In this document: one piece after another, positions 48,053 through 59,899 of the stretch
Layout of the letters: each line of letters opens with the position of its first letter
How positions within the stretch are numbered: the first letter of the stretch is position 1
Source: Oopsacas minuta
Taxonomy: Eukaryota > Animalia > Porifera
Reading direction: 5' to 3'
Length of the DNA stretch: 64,000 bases
Assembly: GCA_024704765.1 (NCBI GenBank)
Contig: JAKMXF010000326.1
Location: 270,697-334,696 of the forward strand
Made by a program: the position numbers and the translations under genes
Notes under the pieces: generated by a model
Seen by the model: the letters and a program-made list of their open reading frames with translations, nothing else
Databases searched by the model: none
Told to the model about the DNA's origin: nothing

Positions 48053-50232
48053 ACTAGCATTTGGCAAGTCGCGTCGCGATGAATTCGTAGCATTGCGACT
48101 CGAGGTATCCATTATCATCCAATTGACGGCCCCTTTCAGTATTTTAATATAGATATATATAGAACAATGAAATTGACAAATATATGTACAGGGTGTTCAA
48201 AAGTCTTGTCACCTCAAGTAACGTAAATTATATACTACATAGCATACACACACTATCGATTTTATTGGCAAATATAATCATCATGCAATTCTATTACTTT
48301 TCTAATCCTATCAGGCATGCCACTAACTAAATTATTTAAAATATCAGCATCAATACTGATCCAGGCCAATTTGAGGTTCTGAATTAGGTTCTGAATTGTG
48401 TTCACTTGACCTAACTTATCCACCCTAACAGCTAATATAGACCATAAATCTTCGATAGGATTTAGGTCAGGAGAGTTGGCTGGTCACTCGGCTTTCTTCC
48501 AAAAGCGGGGGAAATTGTTTGTGCACCATTCTTGCGTAGCTTTAGCCGTGTGTGCTGGAGCACCGTCCTGCATGAATAAAAAATCCGACATGTTTAACAA
48601 CATTGATCTTTCTACAATGCTACCTGTTTTAGAAGAACGGCTAATGGCATCAAGTCAAGTAACTCCTAGTATATTATCACGATAATATGCTGCGTCTACA
48701 GATTGCTTTTGAGGAATTATGTGCAATTCTGACAAGACACGGTATGACATCATACCCCATACCATGACTTTAGCAGGAAATTTCACCTTGAAAACTGGGC
48801 TGATATCTTTGCCATTTTTGCTCCACACTCTATCGTTCTGTCGGTTTGGTGTTGAAAATAGATCGAAGGGCGATTCGTCCGACCAAAGAACCTTTCTCCA
48901 ATCTTCAATAGTCCAATCCTTATGATTGTGGGCGAACAAAAGCCGATTTCTCTTGATCCTCTCAGTAATTCGCGGGATTTGGGGCCGTTTGAATGCTCTA
49001 GCACCAAGATTTTTTGTCAGATGTCGATAGACAGTTGAAGAAGAAGCAGAATAGCCCTTTTTAGCTAAGCTCTGGCTATATTTCGGGTTGAATGTCTTCG
49101 TTTCTCCAAAGATTTCGCTATTACTATCTTGGCGGCCCGATTTAGAGTTTTCGGACGGCCAGACCTTGCCTTTGTCTCCAATGAATGACTACATTTAGCT
49201 GCTGTCCACCATCTTTTAATGGAACATAATCGAGCACCTAACCTCAGAGCAACATCTTTCAGTGATACACCAGCTTCCAGCATGCCTATTGCTTTAGAAC
49301 GGACTGCAATTCCATGATCTCCGACATTCATTATTCTAGTGTTTACGAATTACAAAAAAAACGAAAAAGAATTGTGATTATCGACAATATATAAGGTATT
49401 AGGGTGAATAATGCGTTAGAAAACTTGAACTGACATGATAATAAGACAGTATTCAGATCTAACAGTATTCACAATGATAAACTAGATAAATGGTTTCATT
49501 CGAATAGGTGCTAAGACTTTTGAAACACCCTGTATATGGCACATAAATTATTGAAATATTTTGCGAGATCAACCCCCTTTGTAGCCGTTGAGTTCAAGTA
49601 TCTCCGTGAATTTTGGATTTTGCTAATTTGTTTACTTTCTAATTCATAAAAACAACAATTAATTTACAAATCAAGTTGTCATATCGGAGTCAGCATACTC
49701 CTTCACACCAGTATAGTCATTAAAAGCATAATTCTACCTCAATTTGGAATTTGTATACTATATGTACCTAAAATTCACAGTATATTGTTTACAATATCAT
49801 TCTTGGGAGTCAGCAAACTCGAGTACCCCAGTATAGTCATTAAAAGTATGATCCTACCTCAATTTTGAAATTTGTTAACTTATGTGCCTAAAAGTTAATG
49901 AATATTCACATTATGGTGTTTACAATACCATATTTGGACTCTGCATAGTCCATTATCCCTGTATAGCCTTTGAAAGCATGACTCTTTGGCTAATTTGTTT
50001 CACTTTATATTAAAAAAAACTTCAATAAATTTATATATGATTAATCTAAAAGCGTGAAAATCGGATTCATTATGTTCGAAATATTTTGTGAAGTGCTATT
50101 GATTCCATTTACTTCCTTTATAAACACGATAATACACAGTTATACGACTATTCCAAATTGCATACCGCAAACCCTTTCCTTGATAACGGACAAACTAGCA
50201 GACAAACTACAATTGAGATTAATATTATAGAT
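48053..50232 (+). repeat. Helitron-like repeat, copy 2, split by the DD37E element
   Basis: Starts ACTAGCATTTGGC and ends ...ACGGACAAAC...GAGATTAATATTATAGAT. Three internal units of about 120 bp (GAGTCAGCA...CCAGTATAGTCATTAAAAG...CTACCTCAATTT). Homologous to 37650-38340. Confidence 0.6.
48189..49532 (-). mobile_element. Tc1-like DD37E element, full length (1344 bp), defective
   Basis: TIRs CAGGGTGTTCAAAAGTCTT and AAGACTTTTGAAACACCCTG with TA flanks. Motifs RSGRPK, VLWSDES, and MQDGAPAH...SPDLNPIEDLW with 37 residues between D and E. One in-frame TGA replaces the W of WPxNSP. Confidence 0.9.
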
Positions 50233-51707
50233 TATTAGTATTCAATTACATTAGGTTGGAAAGTTATAACTCATCTTGTTTCAACGATTATTTATGGTAG
50301 GACGTATATGTTTGGAGTCGACAATAATCCCAACCATTATCAAGTTATAATTGTTTATTGAGAGATTTGTGTTATCGCTTTTCTGTATTGTAAATCAAGA
50401 ACTAGACAACTTTGTATTATAACCATTTGAAAATTTATTTTGCATAAAAGTATCGATAGATCATTTCATGTATTCACTTGGAAATGAAAGATTACATTTT
50501 GAATTAAGTTCTACAAGGCATCAATAATGACATAGTTTAACAAATAAATGTATACTAGATAATAATTCCACACATTCCACAAGTTTTTAGCGTATAATGG
50601 TTGATAGTTTGTTGTTCGAAAACTATCCAATACATGTATTCGGCCAATGCACCGTTTCTGTAAAATTGAAGCCAGATAGAATTTGTTCAATCGGGTGTCC
50701 TTATCCACTTCCTGTCGGGCCTTATAGATAGTCGGTTAAGACCATGTGTTATGAATTATTATGAATTGTATATCTAATTCGATATGATATGATTGGTATT
50801 TGGAGTAAGATATTACAATCGAAATTTTTGGGCATATATCGGCGGACGGCGTCCGACACTATACTCAAGAAGCTAAATCTCAGAATGATGCCCGTTATTA
50901 GGATATAGTCAGTTATGAGTAGAATCGATTATGGTATAGTAATTTTATGACTATATGCGTTGTTCGAATTCAAACATCGTTAAGAAAGTAATTACTTGAT
51001 GAATATACAATTTTCTACAACACCTCCTATATACTCCATTTTTGCATGGGGTGTTGGATGTAATTGTGGGCCGAATGCTAATCAGGAGTAATAGAAAAAT
51101 CGGGATCTAGCATTATACATATCAAAGCTACATTTGACCGTTTAGAACAGCTTGATATCTCTACATATGTTGAGGCCCCGGTCCACTAGCTTGGGGCCAT
51201 TTTGAAATTTTCAGAGGCCTTATAGACCATGGATGGACGAAAATGCCAATTCATGTTGCTCAGTCCAATATTATTAAATGCTTTGAAAATTACACAGAAG
51301 GTGTAGATAGGGTAGATCTCTCAAAGTCCGAGTCATTCTATGATATATGATTCCTGCTGATACACAGACAGTGGTTTAACCAGGTGTAATAGGTCAATTG
51401 TGTTCTATCTGAAATCCATAAATTAGCTATATTTTCTGAATCTGCATACTCAAATATCTCCAGTTGTGGTTTTGTATTCAAAAGTAGCCAATATTTCTCA
51501 ATTTTGAGGTTAAAGAAATGAAGCATACATTGATATAAGTTTACTATGATAATCAAATCTTTCAAGTATAATCAACACAATTTGGTATACAGTTTACTGA
51601 TTAAATTGATTGAATTTCATCTCTTTGAATAATTTGAACGTTCTCACAAGGATAAAAGTTTGGCTGAATTACTTAGCAAAGTTGAGTGCGTTGCTAACCT
51701 TGCAGAG

Positions 51708-53500
51708 CAGGGGTTCTCAAGCTTTTAGTAACTACATACCCGTCAGGTGAAAAGAAAGTCGAGGTACCCTCGATTCCAATCGGACGAGTTCCGGCTATAA
51801 TACATCATCATATGTATAGTGAAATTTGGAATATGATGAACTACCAATATTACGTTTGTTAGAAAGTAAAATTAAGGAATAAACAGTTGCGTAATTAAGG
51901 TTTTGGGGACCCTGGTTCAAAATTATGGGCGAGGCCCCATCATTTCAAACTATAATTCAAAATTTTCAGGAGTTTCGGAGCTTTAAAAACTATTTGCCAA
52001 ATTCAGGAGCCACCATCTCACTTGTAAGGTGTTCAGTCATATGCAAACTTACACTTGTCACAAAGCCATTAAGCCAATAATGGTGTACATATACGTTTAA
52101 TATTCTAGTGCTTAGATGGAACCAAAACATAAAATAGGAAGGTTTTGTGAAGATATGTATTCATGTTCAGTTGCGTATCTAGGATCATCGTGAGGGTGAT
52201 GCTCTGGAGCGAGTGAAGCGAGCGATGGTAAGGGGGAGTCTGGGGTCAAGTTCCCCAGGAAAACAACTGTGAAAATTGGATTGCATTCTGTAACTATGAT
52301 CCCAAAAGCTCTGCGCATATTAAGGAAAATTGAATTATAAATAACAACATAACCATATATTGGAAACCAGTTATGAGGTGCTTGAACACTCAAATTCCCA
52401 CCTTGGATACGCCACTGCTTGTTTGCATTTTTTGCTCTCTTTGGATTAGCAGAAACATATTTTCTCTTCATTCTTTCTAATAATCTGTAGAGAAAGACTG
52501 TTATATGGACGAAAAATACGAAAATTATATCAAATAACATAATTGTTAAAGGCCGGGCGAAAGCAAACTAAAAGTACTCTGGTGACATCATACGTAGAAT
52601 CGTACAGGCAAAGGAAAAAAGTCGAGGAGAAGAAGCTGTTTCTGCCGGCCTTGTGATAACTATAATTTATTAATCAAATGTGATTGAATTTTATTAGAAA
52701 TCCTGCGCATAACAAATTTTAAAATTAATGTTTGGAGGCCTTCTGGACATCGAGGCCCTAGTTCATGAACCGCCTGTGTACGCCACTGGACACAAAGTTT
52801 AATGAGATGCTTGGGCCTGCTTCACTATTACAAGATGATCCATTCTTGGTGCAGTTTTACATATAGATACACGTAGGCCAGGCTCTACGCTAAACAGGCA
52901 CGATATCTGTTCTGAATATGGCATAGTGCCGAGAATCTATGTTCACTGAGATATGTACTTGAAAACTTCAACAGTTCGCTCACCGCCATGGCAGCGACAA
53001 GAGCAAATTGTTGACTCATTATAGACCAGAACTTCATTAATCTCAGTTTCAAATCTATCGTTCAAAAATTCAATGAATTCTCCTTGCATAACATTGGGCA
53101 ATAAACTTGTCAGCGATGAATAGATTTCGAAGCAACATAAGATCCAACCCAATCAGGTGTGAGAAGTACCTTTTGAACTCTTCTTTCAAGAAGAACAAGC
53201 CCGCTTGAAATAGTCCCATAATATCTGTTTTCATTTCTTCTCCCTCAAGAACAGTAGTGAGATTATCACGTATGACGAAATTTCCGTCTTTGACTTTCCT
53301 TTCCCATAGCCGCAACTTCTTTATGGATGTTCGTATCTTATCAATAAAATTAAAATAAGCTGTGAAAATTCCTTGAAGTCCTTGTTTAGTAAATATAAGC
53401 GTGATAAAATAGGTTCTAATTAAGAGATATATTCGCACTTTCTGTATAAGAATATCGGACATCTACACTTAACCGCATCTTAACATGAAAGATTATTGAA
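51708..53500 (-). mobile_element. hAT (Buster/Charlie) relic: 3' half of transposase plus probable right terminus
   Basis: GLQG...FIDKIR...KKLRLWERKVKDGNF, LKEEFKRYF, RNLF, EFIEFLND, FSSTYLSEHRFSAL...KQAQASH* ending near 52799. Terminus CAGGGGTTCTCAAGCTTTT at 51708. Linkage of the terminus to the ORF is inferred. Confidence 0.7.
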
Positions 53501-54919
53501 AAATCTGATGAGAACAATATCCCATGGAAAATGAATGCAAATACAACATTCTTACAATCCAAGTCAGAAATATATAGTTAGAAATCTTATTGTTGTTCTG
53601 GGGGCATTCACTAAACTTCTTTAACTCAAATTGGAAGAAAATTAGAGAATATAGCATATTTATGTATTCCCCGGAGCAGACTTAAGTTTGTAAATGTATA
53701 TTGTGAATGCTTCATGATAATTATATTGCCGAATGACAGCTAATTACCAGGAATTTTGAGTCAGTCAAATCGTACCTCTTCAACTGCTCACAAATAGTAA
53801 CTTCTATTAAATATACTTGTCCAAAATGCTTTCTCGCACTGAACATCAACTAATCCCTAGTCAATACAATATCTAGGGGTGTAAATCCTCTGATCAACAG
53901 CTGGATGCGAGTACAAGAAAATCTCTGGGTCTAGGGGCAATAAAAAACATTTCAAGACACCATCGAACGTATAACTAATAGGTATCGTAAGTAAAGTGGT
54001 GACGATTCGTCCCAAAAATAGGCACCAGTAGAACTATAAATAGTTAAGAATTGATCAAAATTTGGCGAGTTTACTGGCTCCAAAATTTCCTCTGAATCTA
54101 GCTAATTCAAATTTGAAATTGTATATATAATTTGGCATCAAACGTATAGTTTAAATTAAATTTAAGAATAGCGAACAATCTCTCTAGTGATGAGCTATAC
54201 CAGTCGTTCTCCTGGGTGCCTCAGAAAGTTGTTAGTGCCAAGCATTCCCTGGATTAATACAAATTTATAAAATGCTTCAGGGTTTTGTTTGTAGCCTTCT
54301 GAAATTGAATGCGCTTAACTCAAGAAGATCAACTCTTAAAACCTAATATTTGGACATAGTAATTGGTACATTTCTAATAAATTTGGCACTGCGGTATTAT
54401 TAATGATGAATTCACCCTATACATATTTACCTCTGAATTTATAGAGAAAATGAGTGTACCGCAGTTCAAGAAAGATAGAGAAACGCTGAGCTAACCTCCA
54501 TAAGTTCTTTCAATTTAGTTATCCAGCCCAAATGATCAATAAATACGTCAACTGAAACCTAAATGTACTAACTTAAAGTGAAATTTGCAAACTGTGAGAA
54601 AATAGTTCCGGCGTCACAACTGCCCCTCCCAACCACCCATCGTTATGGCCAGGAACACAAAGCCTGAATTATTCGGTGAAATATTTATATAATGAATCAT
54701 AATATATACCACCAATGAAAATTCTTCATCGTTAAATGTCCTATCTTTACAAATAGGTGATAGTCAACCTGGATGAAAGATGCAATATTTAAAGTTGTAC
54801 AATCATCGAAGAATGATCTATTCTATGAAACAAATGCTTACTAGACAGATTATTTGACACTTTCCTGAAATTGTTCAGCATATACGTATTCGCATAAAAT
54901 TTGATGTTTCCAGAATATG

Positions 54920-55741
54920 TAGGGCAGTGCGGGCCTAATTTACGTGACTAGGTCAAACTTAATTAGAGTAAACATCAGGACTCTGTCACGACACAACTGG
55001 TCCGGAGCATAACTAGTCCGGCTATATGGAAGGTCTTTTACCGGATACCCATTCAGTTATTTGGCAGAGAACGTATTTATAGACACATAACTAAGAGGTA
55101 GTTTAGTGGGCGCCGATACTCATCCTAAAAGACGTTCTGCAAAGGGTGCACCAGTTATTGGTACCACAACTGGTCCGGTGTAATAGCCGAGATTATACCC
55201 CATCACATATATACTCTGGGATTTTCTGAGCAAGCCCAGAAAATAACCCAGGGTGGTATAGCCTGGGCTAGCCCAGAATATTCCCGAGTATATTCTGGGT
55301 AACTACAGCGGGCCTTACCAGTTATGGGAAGGGCGTACCAGTTATAGTCGGCCATAACTGGTCCGCCTAGGCAAGTTATAATCGCCATGTAACTGGTCCC
55401 GGACAAGATTAAGCGTAATAGTTCCCAATGAGTTGTGAATATTCTCTGACACATTAAATTTACTAAATAATATACTATTCTATTGATGCACAGTAATTTT
55501 GAAAAATGCCTGATATTAAATTGAAACCCGCATAGTTATGTAATAGAACAAACAAGCGAGATGGATCTACGAATGCTCTCAACGATTTATCACATGCGAA
55601 TATATACGTGTTGTTACCAACTATCTAGATTCTACATGTAGCCACTATTTTCAGTGCCCAGGCTGTGACCTGGTCAAAACCTGGTCTAGAAATTTCTGCC
55701 CAGGTTTGATATGGTCATATTGCATTCCTGGCACCGGCCTG
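54920..55741. repeat. About 800-bp repeat, copy 2, inverted relative to 34632-35410
   Basis: Its reverse complement aligns with copy 1 along the whole length, with an extra GC-rich block near 55230-55300. Confidence 0.9.
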
Positions 55742-58644
55742 AATATCTAATACCTTAATTCAGGCAAAAATGCTCTGTTTATGCAATATAGAAACCATGT
55801 AGCATACAAGTGCTTTCAGTTAATACTGCATCCCTGGGATCAAATTTTTAGTTAGGCAATGTGTTTAGTCGGCTATTGTTGGAACTTTTGGTAGAGACAC
55901 TCGTTTGCACTTGACATTACAAATTATTAAGAGAAGATAATAAGTCATAAGCCCCAAATGCCCAGGAATGATGAATTTGGTAAATTATTCACGCATACTT
56001 AGTCTCCATATTTAGCAACTCTTGTTGAGTAGCTTCGTGTTGTTGCTCAGAGCATAAATATGCGGATTTCGTATATATCACTGAGTGCTAAATCACTCAG
56101 TGATAATATCACAGAGAATTGGTAAATTAAGGTATTATTATACGAACTTCAGGTAAATGACTGCGAATTTTGCTTTTGCTCTTGTATTGTTAGGAATTTT
56201 GTCGTATTAGTTGAGTATGCCACTTAAATGTGGTTGTGAATTTTTGGTATCTTAGTGTGGAAATTCGCTTTTATATCATAAGTAATCTCTTTGATATTTA
56301 CTGACTGACAGATAAGTGATGATTATAAGTAGAGTATTTTATACACAATGGTTTAATCTATCGAAATATGAAATTTGTGAGAAATTAGGGCGCTTCGCTT
56401 GCTATGTCGCTGGGCGATCGTTTAGGGCCTCATGTTTGCTTATGTACTAAATAGTTACATTTCTTGATGCTTTTGGTCGCGAAGAACGTAATATACTTGC
56501 CTCGAGATTAAGTTTTTGTGAAATCTTTATTTTTATTATCCACTGTCCATCCTAATTCCATTTCATGGACTTCTGTAGTAATACTGGAGCTGCTACGTCA
56601 CTTTAGGTTAATAATCCGGGATATTGTGCCTCGAGTACCATGAAATTTCCAAAAATATCAAAATTCTGGAAATTTTCATTTTTTGTTCAATCATAATTAC
56701 GTAATCATTCGATCATGAGCTTGCATTTGTTCAAAGTCATAAAGTCAGGACAATTGTCAAATTGGGAGTACCTATGATTAAAATTTCTAGGTTGTATCAT
56801 ATGTTCCTGAGGATGTGATTTTTCAAAATCCAAAAATGTGACAGTTATGCAAAAATTTTGTCTTAGTTGTGAATTTACCCAAAGATCACCCATGAGGGTA
56901 TCACAGTTTCTCCAATCAATACAGAACATACATATACAACATACCATGCATAGAATTTTTGAGTTCAAATAGTATATAAAATTTTGATTACATGTATAAT
57001 TCATCCTTGTTGGCACTCATGCACACCATTGTAATCGCATGCACACGATGTAGTGCCATGCTATAATTATATGTTCTCTCTGTCTCTTTTATATAAATTA
57101 CTATATAACGAATACAATTTTAGCACTCAATAGAGATAGAAATCGAATAATAAATCATAATCTATGAAGTATATTTCACTCTCCATAATACTTCACATAT
57201 AATATATTAAGTGGAAATATCTAGTTTAATATCGTGGTATTTAATGATTTATTTAATAAAGTATATTTAATTAATAGCTTCTTTCGTCATATTATATTAT
57301 CAATTCAGTAAGGAAATATTTTGATTTCTAACCAACGCGGAATATCAATCAATCAATGGGGAAAAGTTCGTACTTCCTCTTTTTGTAATTCACTTTACTT
57401 CATCATGTGAATTTAAGTGTTCACACGACCATTCCCTCTATCAAATTGTATAGTATGAAGAATTAGATACTGAAATGCCTTACTAATTGCACTTCAATGC
57501 ACTTTTGTGATGTCCGGCCAAAAATTTCATTGCTTAAATACGGTATTTTTCTTTCAACCCAAAAATTTAGCTCTCATTCAATTAAATACAATCCCTTTTA
57601 AGAAAATAATTACACTCTGATAATACGGAAAATATTTGTTTGCCCTACGTCTTATCTGAGTTCCAGTTTACGTAATATACTAAAGCAAATGTTTGGAACA
57701 AACTAACCACTACTTATTACATTACTACAAGCATACATTGAGGTTGGATTCAAAGTTTATGAGCTGTATTTTAGGCAATCAATTTTTGATTACCTTAGAA
57801 ATAGTCAAATTAATTTTATCATTATTCTTGAAACCAAAAATTGTCCAAAGTAGTCCAAAATGTCGCCAGGACAAATGTTAATATCCTTTAGTGTCTGTTG
57901 ATAATTTAATTGAAACAATTCATAATAATTTTCACTCTCTTATACATTTGAATCTTATCACTTCTTAGTTCCCAAAATCAAGCTAAAAATTGTCCCGATG
58001 AATCCTAACTTATATCACTTTTGTTTTTAATTGTTATTATTTATAGCAAGTAGAAGGTGATTCGTACATACGAATTTTTGATATATAAATTTAGTCTAAA
58101 ATAAATGACTTCTTCTTTGGATTTGTAAAAATTGATGAACTCCTTGAATGTTATCAATAACATATATGCTATAAAAATGCTCTATTTCCGAACAACTTAC
58201 GTTATAACGCTGAATTGTGTATACCAATCCACTAAATTAGTTCCAAGTTGTTCAATTGAATAAAATATTTACATATGTACTAGAATAGCGAAGAGTCCAT
58301 ATATAGTAATGTCTGTATACCCCAAAGACTTATTATTTCCGACTAAGCAATGTAGATCCACTGATGAGTCCCAGAGAAGCACTCTGCATGACTTTGACTA
58401 TAGAATTATGGCCAGTATAATTTGCACTTATTTGAATTGGACATACATCAAACTGATTCCTTATAATAGCCAGAGGAAATTGTACCATACGATGTAGCCA
58501 CAGCGTACACAGAGTCATGTTAGTCATGACATGGCCCATAACTTTATATGGACTTTAGCATACGATCATGTAGTGTTTCTTGAGTTCATTTTGTCCCTTT
58601 TCTTAAATGATAGGTACATATACTCTTTTCTTTTAGAGAAGACC

Positions 58645-58740
58645 CTAATAACACACTGAGCTCCCAAATCCCAATTCCCCTTGTAGAATTCCGCAAGGCA
58701 AGTGGACGAAACTATTGCACACAGGGCAAGAGTGTACTCC
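58645..58740 (-). pseudogene. Isolated PHD-like Cys/His fragment, possibly the C-terminus of a KRBA2/Ginger-like integrase relic
   Basis: Translates as GVHSCPVCNSFVHLPCGILQGELGFGSSVCY*. Upstream sequence is too decayed to confirm. Confidence 0.35.
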
Positions 58741-59899
58741 ACTTGTTTCATTACTCATATATCACAGAGTAAGATTGTTGAATTGTTCGGATTACAGTGT
58801 AACTTATGGACGAACTACTATTAGATAGTCGTCTAATAGGAAACTGTTTAGCAGGAATAACTTATTCGATTCTATCACTCCAATTTGATTCTCGAGAATT
58901 AAGAAATAGTTGAGGTTGAGGTTTCAAAATTATATAATATACTCTAAGATGGACAATTGTGCCAGTTGGATCTGTATTTGACATTGAAATTTAAAATTGT
59001 CTGGAATAGGCGTGAACTTAGATTTAAAATGAGGTGGTTCAATTTAATGCTCATTCCACCAAGTATTCGTACACCTAAAAATATACATTGAAATAATACT
59101 AAATTCTCTCTATTCTTCACCAGCAGTGAAATAAATTAATATTGATATATTAATTTCAGATTCCTATTCTACACCATTATAGAACTATTCACGTCTAATA
59201 GCTGCCAGTTATGTTGATAATTGACAATCATTGCCACCATGTACTACTTGTTTCCATATTGTACAATAGTGGAAATTGAGAAAAGTTGCACCTAGGAACA
59301 CACGAGTATACTTTTCAATCTAAGTAATATCTAGTTGAGTTGAAAGCTTCTTCAATGGTAATTCAGATGAGTAGAATACTTTTCTGGAACCAAATTCCCA
59401 TATCTACTACAATGTGACTACATTACGGCTTAATATTATATCTATTTTAATCCTTCTTTGTTGGAAGGTGGGTACGTAGACTTTTGGTAGGGAAGTGTAT
59501 TGGTAGGCACTTCGTTTTCTGACAGGTGAGTGATTCAGATAATTAATCAAAAGACCCTGAGATCACATCAGCAACAGAGGTTTATTGGAAGTTTTTCAAA
59601 TAGTTTTCGTCATTAATAACATCTCAAAGTTCTTTGGGAACATCAAAAGTGGTTAGTATAATGGGAATCTGCCAGCATCAAATGGCGTCATTCGCATGGT
59701 TGAATCCATAGCCTACTAACATAAGGCCATTTCACTTCTTTGGACCAGGGATAAGATCCAGTTGACTTTTTCTAGACTACAACACATATATCTCATTAGA
59801 AATTACTTTATTCTACTTCCTATTTAAGTATTATTATCATAAAAATAGCAGTATGGGTATTTAATTGCTTCCCAGTACAAACACAAGTATAAAATATGA

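Noticed and set aside
50500-51600. Possible piggyBac or other transposase remnant
   Set aside because: No catalytic motifs or TTAA-bounded ends could be confirmed.
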